Source: a virus. From it: a stretch of DNA of 64,000 nucleotides. Below the pieces are notes generated by a model. That model saw nothing but the letters and a program-made list of their open reading frames with translations. It did no database searches and had not been told where the DNA came from. Positions 29,061 through 39,665 of the stretch are shown here, piece by piece. Within the stretch, counting starts at the first letter, position 1, and each line of letters opens with the position of its first letter. Location: positions 4,189-68,188 of the IMG/VR virus record IMGVR_UViG_3300033143_002694; one strand, given 5' to 3'. The position numbers and the translations under genes were made by a program.

Positions 29061-30545
29061 ATGGCATTAAATGACACACCATGGATTGGTACAGAAGCAC
29101 GTAAGCTATACCTACAATCAGGACAGTTTACGTCAACACTAAAAACTAGTGTGAGTGTTGCCGCGATTGAGAATATTCCTAATGATATATCATGGGACGG
29201 TACAGATACTCCTTGGATTGGGGCATTCGATGACAAGTTATACCTTACGTCAGGGCAGTTTACGTCAACACTAAAAGATAGCCAAGGCGTACCGGGTACC
29301 AGAACCGAGAGTGGTATAACATGGGACGGTGCTAACACTCCATGGTGTGATCCGGGCAATGATAAGCATTACTTGCAGTCTGGTCAATTCACATCAACTA
29401 TCAAAACAAGCCTTAATGTTTCCGCTGTTGATATTACTACAAATGGTGTTTCTTTTGACGGTACCAATACTCCGTGGTGTGCTTCGAATGGTGGTAAATT
29501 AGTACTTACATCAGGCCAATTCACGAATACGGTAAGAGATAGCCAAGCAGTATCAGGCGGTACCACCCTGACCGGTATATCATGGGACGGTGCTAACACT
29601 CCGTGGTGTGCCGAATCTTTAAATAAGTTAAACCTCCAATCAGGACAGTTTACGTCAACCGTAAAAACCAGTCAGTCAATATCAAGCGTTGATACTTCGA
29701 TCAGGGGCATATCCACTAACGATGTTGTTGCCCGGCTTAACCTGCCTACAGATGATGGCACTGTTGATTTGCCAATCTTTACAATAGGTGGATTTGGGGG
29801 TGGAGTTGAAGAGGCTGATATCATCCTTCCGGTGATTACTTTAGTTGTGGAATCAGGAGAGTTGTCAATAGGCTATGGTGCTATAACCTTACCACTGACA
29901 GTAAATGGATTCGCTTTCGCTACAATAAGTTCTGGTATCGCAGGTTTGACTCTGCCAATAATCGGAATAGAAAGTACTGTCTTGCAAGGAGAGGTTGGCA
30001 CATTTGCTAATGCGTTGTTTAGCTTGGGTCTTGGATTAAGCATACGAGCACATAAAGGTTCGGCTCCAGAGTGCGTTGTGATGAATACAAAGAACCTTGC
30101 AGTGTCGGAGTATGTGAGTTACGGCTTTAATAGTATGACCGAATTTGATGGGGTATACCTCATTGCAGACCAGAACGGCATCTATGCGGCTGATACTTCC
30201 GACTCTGACAATGCAGGAGTTGATGACTATGCAATTAAAGCTCACATCAAAACTGGTAGAATTGATATCCACAAGAACAATAAAAACAAGTTGGCAAACG
30301 CTTGGATAAATTACCAGACAGACGGTAGTATCCAGATGGTATCAACAGGAGATAAGAAAGCAACAAGGACGTACCTATTACCGTACCATTTAGGACTAAG
30401 CGGTATCAACGAGAGAAGAGTTAAGTTTGAGAAGGGAATCAGAAATAGATTCTTTGATTTTAAAATACAGAACATAATAGGCTCACAGCTAGAGATTGAC
30501 AAGCTTACTATTATGCTTGAACCAGTAGTTTCAAAAAGGAGATAA
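29061..30545 (+). CDS. Tail protein: 5 x 44-aa blades + LP repeats + C-terminal structural domain
   Basis: Same blade repeat as 24448..26763; C-terminal VMNT.N.AVSEY..Y.FNSM, RVKF.KG. Confidence 0.75.
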   Translation: MALNDTPWIGTEARKLYLQSGQFTSTLKTSVSVAAIENIPNDISWDGTDTPWIGAFDDKLYLTSGQFTSTLKDSQGVPGTRTESGITWDGANTPWCDPGNDKHYLQSGQFTSTIKTSLNVSAVDITTNGVSFDGTNTPWCASNGGKLVLTSGQFTNTVRDSQAVSGGTTLTGISWDGANTPWCAESLNKLNLQSGQFTSTVKTSQSISSVDTSIRGISTNDVVARLNLPTDDGTVDLPIFTIGGFGGGVEEADIILPVITLVVESGELSIGYGAITLPLTVNGFAFATISSGIAGLTLPIIGIESTVLQGEVGTFANALFSLGLGLSIRAHKGSAPECVVMNTKNLAVSEYVSYGFNSMTEFDGVYLIADQNGIYAADTSDSDNAGVDDYAIKAHIKTGRIDIHKNNKNKLANAWINYQTDGSIQMVSTGDKKATRTYLLPYHLGLSGINERRVKFEKGIRNRFFDFKIQNIIGSQLEIDKLTIMLEPVVSKRR

Positions 30546-30548
30546 TCG

Positions 30549-32399
30549 ATGAGTGTGGCGGGAGATGTTGCAACGACCAAGGGTTTTATTGAAACACAGA
30601 TAGGTAATGCAGAGGGCAGGGCTGACTCTTCAATATCTGCGGCCTTTGATGCGATCAATCAAATGGCTCAAGCCGCAAGTGAGGTAACGCCTAGTTTAGA
30701 TTTTTCGGCACCGAGTATCAATATCAATACGCCTATAATTAGTGGAACGGGTCCTACGGCACCAACCCTTACAAGTATTAGAGCTGCAATTGGCTCTGCA
30801 CCCGGAGGCTTCACTGCCACCATTGCCGAGAGAGCTATGCAGTCTGCCCCACAGGAAGGGTTTGTTTCACCTACTATTAATTTTCCGACAGCACCGGTAA
30901 GCTCTACACTGGTAAAGCCAAGTGCTTTGGCGATTGCATTACCCGGAAATATGCCTGATGCTCCATCAATAACGTTGCCAACAGACTTGACTATAAACAG
31001 AACGGTACCAGTACTGCCAACTATATCTTTACCTGCATGGGGAGAAACACTTCCCGTACTGGACATCAGCCTTCCGGAAACTACACTGGCTTATGTTGAA
31101 CCTGCTTATACGTCTCTATTGAAAACGGCAATAACATCCAACTTGCTAGATGGTGTGAATAACGGAGGCACTGGTTTGGGTGCTACTGTTCAAACAGCGA
31201 TCTGGAATAAAGACATAGAGAGACTGAGCCAGCAAAAAGACGATGATGTTGAAGAGGTACTCGCTAAATTTTCTGGACGTGGTTTTGATATGCCAACAGG
31301 TATGGTTGCACAACAAGTCAATGAGGTACTTAAGGAATTCACGAATAATAGATCGCAAAACTCAAGAGATGTTATGATCAAGGAAGCTGAGATGGCATTT
31401 GATATGTCAAAGTTCTTCCTGTCGACCGGGTTGAATCTTGAGCAGATAGAGATTAACCATGCGAACAATATTGCCAATAGAGCATTAGAGGCAGAGAAAG
31501 CCGTTATCCAGTTCAGTATTGATCTATTCAATTCTAAGGTCACTAAACATAATTTAGACCTAGAGACGTACAAAGCCAAAGCAATCGAGGTAGAGGTCGC
31601 TCTGAAGGTACAGGAGCTTATCTTGAGTCAGTATCTAGCAGAGATCAACGGTGTTGAGGCAGGAGTGAAGATAGATAGTACGAAGATCGCAAATTACAAC
31701 GCTATTCTGGCAAAGCACACAGTGAGTATTGCTTTGTACGAAGCTGAGATAGGTGCAGTTGTGGCCCAATTGAACATTGAGAGGGCGAAGTCTGAGATAT
31801 TCAAAGCGCAAATAGATGGATATATAGCAGAGATACAAGGGCAGAAAAACGAGTACGATCTATACCTTGCTAAGATTGAAGGAGAATCAGCGAAGATAGA
31901 CATCCACAAGACAGAGGTTGAGGCATACGCAACACGTGTGAACGCAGTCAAGGTTTCCAACGACGTTGTTATTGCTCAGATCAATGCAGATATTTCAGAG
32001 GAAGAGTTAAACCTCAAAGCACACCTTGCGACTATCGAAACCTACAAGGCAAGATCAGACCAAGGCATAGCAGAGATGAATGTCGAAGCAGATTTATACA
32101 GGACAAATAGCGGAGTATTTGATACACTAATAAAAAATGCTTCAGCTAATGCGGAGTTAAACGTACAGACTCAGATTAGAGCAGAAGCTTTAACTCAGGC
32201 AAATGCCGCTATGTCACTAGAAGCTGCAAAGGCAAACCTACAAGCAACATTGCAAGCAAACGAAATGAGGGTTCAGGCTGCATCAGCACAAGCTTCTGCG
32301 TCATCTGCTATGTCGGGTATGGTGGCAGGTGCGATACAAGGTATGTTGCAACTAGGTGGTCAGGGTACTTCAATTGAAACAGTAGATAATACACCGTAA
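30549..32399 (+). CDS. Virion protein with Pro-rich region and long coiled coil
   Basis: P-rich 60-170 aa; GGTGL..V..AIW, RGF.MP.G; heptad YxAx repeats. Confidence 0.65.
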   Translation: MSVAGDVATTKGFIETQIGNAEGRADSSISAAFDAINQMAQAASEVTPSLDFSAPSININTPIISGTGPTAPTLTSIRAAIGSAPGGFTATIAERAMQSAPQEGFVSPTINFPTAPVSSTLVKPSALAIALPGNMPDAPSITLPTDLTINRTVPVLPTISLPAWGETLPVLDISLPETTLAYVEPAYTSLLKTAITSNLLDGVNNGGTGLGATVQTAIWNKDIERLSQQKDDDVEEVLAKFSGRGFDMPTGMVAQQVNEVLKEFTNNRSQNSRDVMIKEAEMAFDMSKFFLSTGLNLEQIEINHANNIANRALEAEKAVIQFSIDLFNSKVTKHNLDLETYKAKAIEVEVALKVQELILSQYLAEINGVEAGVKIDSTKIANYNAILAKHTVSIALYEAEIGAVVAQLNIERAKSEIFKAQIDGYIAEIQGQKNEYDLYLAKIEGESAKIDIHKTEVEAYATRVNAVKVSNDVVIAQINADISEEELNLKAHLATIETYKARSDQGIAEMNVEADLYRTNSGVFDTLIKNASANAELNVQTQIRAEALTQANAAMSLEAAKANLQATLQANEMRVQAASAQASASSAMSGMVAGAIQGMLQLGGQGTSIETVDNTP

Positions 32400-32413
32400 T
32401 AAGGAGATATAGT

Positions 32414-33406
32414 ATGGCATTGAATGATTTGGATGAAAAGAGGAAAGGGGCAGGAGGTACCAATAGGGTACAGACTACCGACATAGGCAATAAGCCACTT
32501 ACAAGGATAGGTGCTTCTGGTGATGGTAAGAATACTATCACAAAAAGAAGTGTCCATACAGGTGGTGCAGGTGATGGTGTAAAGAGGAAGATTCGCAATA
32601 GTAAAGTTTCTTCCGATGACTTTATCTCAGACCTTGCAGGCGGTACGGGTAAATCAGGTACAAGCCGTAAGTCATTTGGAAAGTTCTTAAGCAAGGAGAG
32701 GGTTGCTCTGCCTGACCCTACTGACACTGCAGGGCAGCTACAAACAATAACCAGAGCCACGAAGGATATACGGGGTGTTGCAGGTGCTGGTCCTCAACGT
32801 GCAGGATTCTCTAGGGGTATACAAAAAGGCAAACCCATCAGGAGAGATATTATAGATGACAGACCTGAGAGTATATTAAAAGTTGGTGGTACTGACAGAG
32901 GTGAGCCGAAAGATAAAAATATCATAACATCTAAATCGGTACTAAAGGGTACCAAGTTAAAAGGTGGTGGATTTACTGACCAAGGTTCATTTAAGAAGGG
33001 TGGCAAAACACTCAGGGAGATTTCTAAGCAAGGAAAAAAGGTTAGCCCTTTCAGTGAACAAGGTATAGAGCAGTTATTTGGAAGTGCCGCAGATTTAGCA
33101 AAACTATTCACAAGTAAAGAATTTCAGTCAAGAAAAGCGAAGGGTATTCAATCTGCTGCAGGAGTAAAGGGTAGACGTGCTGACACCAAAGCGAAGACAG
33201 AAAAAATCAAAGCACTATCAGGAGTACTCGAAGACTTGAGTGCCAGTGGTGGTGATAATGAGGGATTGATGGCAAACGTACAAGAGCAGATACAGAATCT
33301 TATTTCCGGGAATGACGGAAGTGGACCATCAGGGGAGGTCTTGGGAAAACTTGCTTCACAGTTTGAGCCTGACCAAGTTAAAACAATCTTAGGGATACTA
33401 CAATAA
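32414..33406 (+). CDS. Internal virion/ejection protein candidate (basic, low complexity)
   Basis: Position before the giant gene; K/G-rich. Confidence 0.5.
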   Translation: MALNDLDEKRKGAGGTNRVQTTDIGNKPLTRIGASGDGKNTITKRSVHTGGAGDGVKRKIRNSKVSSDDFISDLAGGTGKSGTSRKSFGKFLSKERVALPDPTDTAGQLQTITRATKDIRGVAGAGPQRAGFSRGIQKGKPIRRDIIDDRPESILKVGGTDRGEPKDKNIITSKSVLKGTKLKGGGFTDQGSFKKGGKTLREISKQGKKVSPFSEQGIEQLFGSAADLAKLFTSKEFQSRKAKGIQSAAGVKGRRADTKAKTEKIKALSGVLEDLSASGGDNEGLMANVQEQIQNLISGNDGSGPSGEVLGKLASQFEPDQVKTILGILQ

Positions 33407-36400
33407 TGACAATCGAAATAGATCAGTTTCTTAATGACTTTCAGACTGCAAAGGCAGCACAAGGTGACTCGTTCGATGGTGCCGGGTTCGGCAGAGATTA
33501 TGACCGAGGAGCACAAAGAAATAGGACTCAGCCAGAAGACGATGAATCTTTAGGCCGTAAGGGGTTTGTTACTGAGACCGCAGAGGCTTTGGCTGGAGGT
33601 GCTGTAGATACAGCAGAATTATGGATGAGAGCGGTTAGGGCAATTGACCCACAAGGGGGAAATGAAACTATAAGGAACTTCGCTACCTTTGGACTTGATG
33701 CTATCAAGAACTTTACGGCAAAACACCCTTCGCTCTCTCCAGACAATCAAGCTCAGGAAGGTGTGTCAAGGTGGTGGCAACAAGGTGTCAGGTCTATGAT
33801 ACCAAGTATGTCTGCTGCGATCCCCGGTATGCTTGCAGGTGCCGTGGGAGGGCCTATCGGTGCGTCTGTTGGTGGTGGTATTGCGTCTGGTGCTATATTC
33901 GGGTTAGCTGAATTTGACTCTGTCAGAGAAGAAGGCGAGGATATGATAGCAGAGAAGATGGCCTCGGGTGATATGACAAGGGAAGAAGCCGCACAGGTAC
34001 GTGAAGAGATTGCCACGGCTGCAAAGCTATCTGCACTTACAGAGGGAGGCTTAGAAGGCGTTGCGAATGCAGTACAAGTCAAGGTGCTTTCAAAGTGGTT
34101 TCCGGGCAGAAAGACTTTAAAGAATTTAATCAAGGCTCCAATTAAAGATATATTCAAGAAGGGTGTGAAGGAGACAGTAAAGACCGGAGCAAAACAACTT
34201 GCGTTGACCACACCAGTTGAGGTTGGTACTGAGTTTGCACAGTCAGCGTTAGAAACTAAATTCCGTAGGGATGTCGGGCTTACAGATATGAGTTCATGGG
34301 GTGCTGGTATGGACGCACTTGGACCTGCTTTTGTAACAAACTTATTGTTCTTTGGTGCAGGTAAGTCTGCAAATGCCGCACAGAGATGGGGTATCAGACA
34401 CGCACTGGAAGACGCAAAGACAAGCCCACACAAGAGGATGAAGGCAGTTAAAGATATTTCAAAGATTGTACGCGGCATGGATGACGTGAATGCAGAAGGT
34501 ATCGCTAATAAGATGGAGGCGGTTGGACTGTCTTATGTAGCTTCAGGCATGAAGATGGATATCAATAGTGATCTAGGTATGGAGACTATGCTTGAGCAGT
34601 ATAGAAAGGGCATACAAGACAAGAGTATAAATAATATATCATCCAAGAGGCTACAGACTTCGTTGACAAATGAGATGAACAGGGAGGATATGCCATTACA
34701 GAATCGTATTCCTGCATTCCAAATGATGCAAGGTGTCACTAAAATTAATGAAGAACAGGCCGCTATAGATAAGGTGCGTAAAGAGGAAGATGCCACCAAG
34801 GTAACAAAGGAAGCTACTGCCGCAGATATGCTTGATCAGAATGCTGCAAGTGCAACCGATAAGAATGTTACAGTTGAAAAAACAATTAAGGTTGAGAAGG
34901 AAGAGAAGCCTAAGCAGGATGAAAAACCTAAGAAGAAGGTGAAGGTAACAGAGAAAGCTCAGAAAGACCTTATCAATGTGGGTAAAGATGCTGTTGTTCC
35001 GGATGCCACAAAGGATGCCAAGATGGACGAAGAGAGGGAGAAGGCAAAATCAATTGCCCCAGAACCTGTTGTTTCCAAGACGGTTAAGCCAACTGTAGAC
35101 AAAGCGGAGACGGTTGCTGCAAAGAAGGCAACACCTGTAGTTGAAGTAATCAGCAAGGACGAAGAGGTTAAGAAGGCTGTGGAAAAAGAGGTAGAACCAG
35201 AGCCAGTTGTAGAAAAAGAGGTAGCACCTGAGCCGATTGAAAAGTCTCCTGAGCCGATCAAGAAACCTAAAGAGCGTGACTTAATTTCCAAAGAACAAGA
35301 GAGACAGGTACGTAAGGAGCTCAAGGACCCTGAATTATTGCCAGATGAGAAGGCAGACCTAGAGAAGATATTGGTTGACGCAGGGCTTGACGTTACAGTT
35401 GCAAAGAAAGAAGCAGTTGAGGCTGAACCTAAGAAAGAAGAGGGTGTATCAATAACGGGACTCGCTCCACGTGATGCAAATAGGAAGCTCAAGAAAGGTG
35501 ATGAACCGTATACTGAATCCGAGAAACAAGATGCTGTGCTTAGTAAGCGAATCAGTAGGGCTATTGCAGGATTCAATACTTCTAGTGCGAAGAAAAAAGC
35601 GGCTGCACAGGCTGATTATAAAGAGGCAGTAGCTGAGAGAAACAAACTTAGGAAGGGTGTGCTTTCCGGAGCCATCAAAGATAGCCAGACTCAGGTGAAG
35701 ACCAAGCAGGAAGATACCGTAGTTGTGAAGGAGAAGAAAGCCAAGGAGAAGAAGGCAGTTGAAGTGAAGATGGCAGAGAAACATCCTGAGCTTAAGAAAG
35801 ATATCGTTAATCTGGAAATCGGATCAGAGGCACTTATAAGTACCGAGAACATAGTCAGAGGTAATGCTATTTCACCAAAGATGATGAAGCAGGGCAAGAT
35901 CGAAATCAATGGAATGAAAGCTGAAACAGCAGAAGATATTGCAGTATTGTCTCAGATGTTTAGAAACCCTCAGTATGAAACATTTAGATTGATATACACA
36001 AGAGATGGACACATTGTTGGTCACGAAGCAAGGACCAGTAGGCTTCCGGGCAGTGTCAGGGTATTTATAGACGATCAGAAAACTGAGTTGGATAATATAA
36101 GGGCAAAGCAAGCACACTTGAAAGCCGATAAGATATGGATGGTACATAATCATCCAAGTGGAAAAGCGACACCTTCTGCTGCAGACAAGAAGTTCACTAA
36201 GCAGATGGCCGCAAATATATCCACACTGGAAGGGCATGTAGTTGTTGACTCAGGAGAGTTCTCACACATAAACCGTTCTGGGGTCGCAAGGGTAAGGCCG
36301 CTTTCAACTGACGATGCAATACTGAAACCATCGGTACCTCATAAGTTATTGGGAAGAAAGATGCAATCAATGAGTGATGTGGTTATGTACGGTAAAGAGT

Positions 36401-38880
36401 TACAACACCAAGAAGGTTTTATGACTGCCACGTTTATCGCTACAAACACAGAGATAAGGGGTATTGTTGATATACCAATCAAGCAGGTTATGGGCAAGGA
36501 CATAAAACAGCTCAGAAAAGATATCAGAGAGCTTGCGGGTATGTTTGGTTCTACACAGATAACGCTTGCACTGGATACTTCATTGAATCCGGAAGCAGGT
36601 TCGAATCCTGATGGGTTTATTGAGTTGATCAGAGACAACATAATTGTTGATGCTATTCTGTACCAAGAAGATCAGCAGGTGTCTATCAGGAGGATGTTCG
36701 CTGTTAAGCCAAAGAGGGCCAACAAGAAGAAGTTTCTTGGTGGAGACATACAGACAACTATCGCAGAAAATAAGTCTGAGTTTGAAGAAGAAGGTGGAAG
36801 GACGCAGAAGTATACAGATAAAGATTTCACGAATAACCCACATGTAGATAAAGCTACTCAGGATATATTCAACAAAAAGCTTAGTCCTAAAGTCGAAGGT
36901 GCGACAATCAAGGAGAGATTTGCTGAATGGAAGAAGAATTGGTGGGTCAAACTACAACAAGGTGCTGTTGATCAGTTTGCAAGTCTCAGAAAACTGGATG
37001 ATAAGATATGGAAGCTGGCCCAAGTTACCACATCTTCTTCTGGTGCCGTAGACGCATTGCTTAACATGGGACCATTGAAGCTGACAGATGGCGTGCCTGA
37101 CATAAAGGATATTAAGGGTAATAAGGGACTCTTTAAGATCGTCAAGCCGTTAGGAGAAGAATTAGAGCTTTGGTTGGGATGGGTAGCAGGTAACCGTGCA
37201 GAACAATTATACGGTGAAGGCAAAGAGAGGAACCTCACACCAGAGGAGATTACTAAACTAAAGGAGCTGAACAAGGGTACCATGAAAGATGGCCGAAGCA
37301 GAAGGTCTGTGTACCGGGATGTATGGAATGATTTCAGTGAGCTCCACCAATCAGTATTGGATATTGCACAAGAGACAGGAACAATCGGTAAGGAAGAACG
37401 TGAATCTTGGAGAGAAGGGTTTTACCTACCGTTTTTCCGTCAGATCGAGAAGTCACAGAAGAATGAGACTAAAGGTCCGAAGACTCTGGGTGGAGTTGCA
37501 AATCAAACTGCGTTCAAAGAGTTGAAGGGTAAAGAGGTTCCGATAGCCGACATGATGACAAATATAATTCTTAACTGGAATCACTTGATTGGAGCCAGTA
37601 TGAAGAACCAGATAGCTGTGAAGTCTCTACACAAAGCGGCTACTATGAAGATCCAAGGTGGTCAGCCCGTAGCTGAGAAGATTAATGTTGACATTGAAGT
37701 AGTAAAAGATGAGTCGGGACAGTTCAGGGTAATCGATGCGCTAACTGGTAAGAGTAGAGGTGCTTTTGATACCTTTGCAGAGGCTCAGGAACACCAAGAA
37801 CAATTGACACGTATCATTGAAGAGAGACTGGCGAAGAAGAGTGAGAACGCTGTGTTTGTCCGGGAGAATGGCAAGAAGGTTTGGTATGAAATTAATGAGC
37901 CAAATATTTATCAGGCGTTGACGAATTTAAACTTTGAAGGATTTAACAACAGGCCCATGAAGGCATTGAGATCATTCAAGAGGTTGTTAACCTTCGGAGT
38001 TACAGCGTCTCCGGACTTTAAGGCTAGAAACTTATTGCGTGATACATTGTCGTCTGCAGCTACAAGTAAGATTAGCTTGGACTTAGTTGGTAATGTCTTT
38101 GGCAGTGGAAGGAAATCAACACAGAAGGGCAGTGAGGCTTTCATGAGAATGATGGCAGGTGGTGGTAATATTCAGTTCGGCCACTTGTATGGTACTGACC
38201 CGGAGAAGGTACAGGCAGCTTTAGCTTCAAACCTGCGTAAAGAGGGTATCCTTGATAATCCTACAGGATGGGGAAAATTCAAGACCGCTCTTTTGAAGGG
38301 TAAGGATAAATGGGATGACTTTGGAAGTAGGCTGGAGAACCTTAACAGGGCAGCATTATTCTCCCAAACCCTAGAAGCAAAGAAAGGTGAGGAAGGAGCA
38401 TTCCTTGAGGCAAACTTTGAAGCGAGAGATTTGTTAGATTTCAACAGGCATGGTGCATGGCCAGCGATTAGATTCTTAATCGATACTGTACCGTTTATGA
38501 ACGCTCGTATCCAAGGCTTGAGTAAGCTTGGTAGAAGTATGACCAAAGAGCAGGGAGCAAGGCTTGCCATCGTATCAGGTGGAGTCGCAATGGCTAGTAT
38601 GGCATTGTATTTAGCATATAAAGATGACCCAGATTTTCAAGATAGAGAGGAATGGGACAGAGATACTTATTGGTGGTTCAAAATACCCGGTACTGACAAG
38701 ACCTTTAGGCTTCCAAAGCCGTTTGAAATAGGGGTTATAGGGACAATAGCAGAGAGAACACTTGAGCAAATTACAGATGACAAGGTACACGGAGCACTGT
38801 TTGCCGAACGATTGAAGTTGAAAACTTATCACCAACAGAACGCAGGAAAGCTTGGACTTCTGAGACAGCAATTCTCTTGA
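33406..38880 (+). CDS. Large polyvalent/ejection protein with RadC-like JAB domain and LPD38-like domain, frameshifted at C-terminus
   Basis: MVHNHPSG..PS.AD...GHVVVD (JAB); PFMNARIQG, WDRDTYW, RLPKPFE (LPD38-like). Confidence 0.8.
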   Translation: MTIEIDQFLNDFQTAKAAQGDSFDGAGFGRDYDRGAQRNRTQPEDDESLGRKGFVTETAEALAGGAVDTAELWMRAVRAIDPQGGNETIRNFATFGLDAIKNFTAKHPSLSPDNQAQEGVSRWWQQGVRSMIPSMSAAIPGMLAGAVGGPIGASVGGGIASGAIFGLAEFDSVREEGEDMIAEKMASGDMTREEAAQVREEIATAAKLSALTEGGLEGVANAVQVKVLSKWFPGRKTLKNLIKAPIKDIFKKGVKETVKTGAKQLALTTPVEVGTEFAQSALETKFRRDVGLTDMSSWGAGMDALGPAFVTNLLFFGAGKSANAAQRWGIRHALEDAKTSPHKRMKAVKDISKIVRGMDDVNAEGIANKMEAVGLSYVASGMKMDINSDLGMETMLEQYRKGIQDKSINNISSKRLQTSLTNEMNREDMPLQNRIPAFQMMQGVTKINEEQAAIDKVRKEEDATKVTKEATAADMLDQNAASATDKNVTVEKTIKVEKEEKPKQDEKPKKKVKVTEKAQKDLINVGKDAVVPDATKDAKMDEEREKAKSIAPEPVVSKTVKPTVDKAETVAAKKATPVVEVISKDEEVKKAVEKEVEPEPVVEKEVAPEPIEKSPEPIKKPKERDLISKEQERQVRKELKDPELLPDEKADLEKILVDAGLDVTVAKKEAVEAEPKKEEGVSITGLAPRDANRKLKKGDEPYTESEKQDAVLSKRISRAIAGFNTSSAKKKAAAQADYKEAVAERNKLRKGVLSGAIKDSQTQVKTKQEDTVVVKEKKAKEKKAVEVKMAEKHPELKKDIVNLEIGSEALISTENIVRGNAISPKMMKQGKIEINGMKAETAEDIAVLSQMFRNPQYETFRLIYTRDGHIVGHEARTSRLPGSVRVFIDDQKTELDNIRAKQAHLKADKIWMVHNHPSGKATPSAADKKFTKQMAANISTLEGHVVVDSGEFSHINRSGVARVRPLSTDDAILKPSVPHKLLGRKMQSMSDVVMYGKELQHQEGFMTATFIATNTEIRGIVDIPIKQVMGKDIKQLRKDIRELAGMFGSTQITLALDTSLNPEAGSNPDGFIELIRDNIIVDAILYQEDQQVSIRRMFAVKPKRANKKKFLGGDIQTTIAENKSEFEEEGGRTQKYTDKDFTNNPHVDKATQDIFNKKLSPKVEGATIKERFAEWKKNWWVKLQQGAVDQFASLRKLDDKIWKLAQVTTSSSGAVDALLNMGPLKLTDGVPDIKDIKGNKGLFKIVKPLGEELELWLGWVAGNRAEQLYGEGKERNLTPEEITKLKELNKGTMKDGRSRRSVYRDVWNDFSELHQSVLDIAQETGTIGKEERESWREGFYLPFFRQIEKSQKNETKGPKTLGGVANQTAFKELKGKEVPIADMMTNIILNWNHLIGASMKNQIAVKSLHKAATMKIQGGQPVAEKINVDIEVVKDESGQFRVIDALTGKSRGAFDTFAEAQEHQEQLTRIIEERLAKKSENAVFVRENGKKVWYEINEPNIYQALTNLNFEGFNNRPMKALRSFKRLLTFGVTASPDFKARNLLRDTLSSAATSKISLDLVGNVFGSGRKSTQKGSEAFMRMMAGGGNIQFGHLYGTDPEKVQAALASNLRKEGILDNPTGWGKFKTALLKGKDKWDDFGSRLENLNRAALFSQTLEAKKGEEGAFLEANFEARDLLDFNRHGAWPAIRFLIDTVPFMNARIQGLSKLGRSMTKEQGARLAIVSGGVAMASMALYLAYKDDPDFQDREEWDRDTYWWFKIPGTDKTFRLPKPFEIGVIGTIAERTLEQITDDKVHGALFAERLKLKTYHQQNAGKLGLLRQQFS

Positions 38881-39407
38881 GTCAAGGATTTTCCAAAATA
38901 CCATGGGACAAAGTACAGCTTTCTCCTGTGCAGATAGAACATTTAGTTGGAGCTTATACAGGCTGGCTAGGTGGTTGGGTTCTTGGTGGAGTTGACATGC
39001 TAACACAAAAAGCAGGTGGATTCCCCGACAAGCCGTCATTCAGGATAGAAGATTATTCCTTAGTGGGCTCATTCCTTGGAGAGACACCATCGAGAAACAC
39101 GAAATATTCTAGCGTATTCTATGAAGGATTGAAAGAAATGAATCAGACGTATGCAGACATTCGGAATTACCGATCTTTAGGTGAAACCGAGAAGGCATTG
39201 AGTTATGCACGTAAGCATAAGGATAAACTGAGATTCAGAAAGCTTGCAAATAAAATCCAGAAGAATGTAGCGGCTATCACCAAGCGAGTCAGGTTAACCC
39301 GATTGGACAAGAATATGTCTGCTCAGGAAAAACGTGTAAAAATTGACCGCTTAACTGTGATGAAGAATAAACTGTTGAAGATGGCTGTCGAAAAGACCAA
39401 ACTCTAA
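38811..39407 (+). pseudogene. Out-of-frame C-terminal continuation of the LPD38-like protein
   Basis: Frame open from 38781; reads ENLSPTERRKAWTSETA..LSPVQIEHLVGAYTGWLG. Confidence 0.7.
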
Positions 39408-39458
39408 AATACTACCGTATCAACACTTACAACACTGAAAAATAAATATATTTTATTG

Positions 39459-39487
39459 TTGCAATCGTAATGCACTTCTGATAGACT
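39459..39487 (+). promoter_or_regulatory. Sigma70 promoter of tRNA/anti-defence operon
   Basis: AT-rich UP region, TTGCAA-17-TAGACT with extended TG. Confidence 0.65.
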
Positions 39488-39572
39488 TTCAAAACATTAG
39501 CACTGTTTCGGTCATGGCAATACCGAATGGGAGTGGGAACTGTCAGGGTTCTCACCCCAACTTTAACTTTAA

Positions 39573-39645
39573 GCCTGAGTAGCCGAACGGCATAGGCAGC
39601 GGACTTAAAATCCGTAATCTGTAGGTTCGACTCCTACCTCGGGCA
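39573..39645 (+). tRNA. tRNA-Leu(TAA), short variable loop, no encoded CCA
   Basis: GCCTGAG/CTCGGGC-A; GCGGA-CTTAAAA-TCCGT; GGTTCGACTCC. Confidence 0.85.
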
Positions 39646-39665
39646 TTTATTTTTCAAGGAAAGCT

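Noticed and set aside
24448-29740. Diversity-generating retroelement TR/VR
   Set aside because: No reverse transcriptase; differences are not adenine-specific and all copies are in-frame coding repeats
33528-38570. Long minus-strand ORFs opposite the giant gene and other structural genes
   Set aside because: Antisense shadows of codon bias, with no SD or motifs
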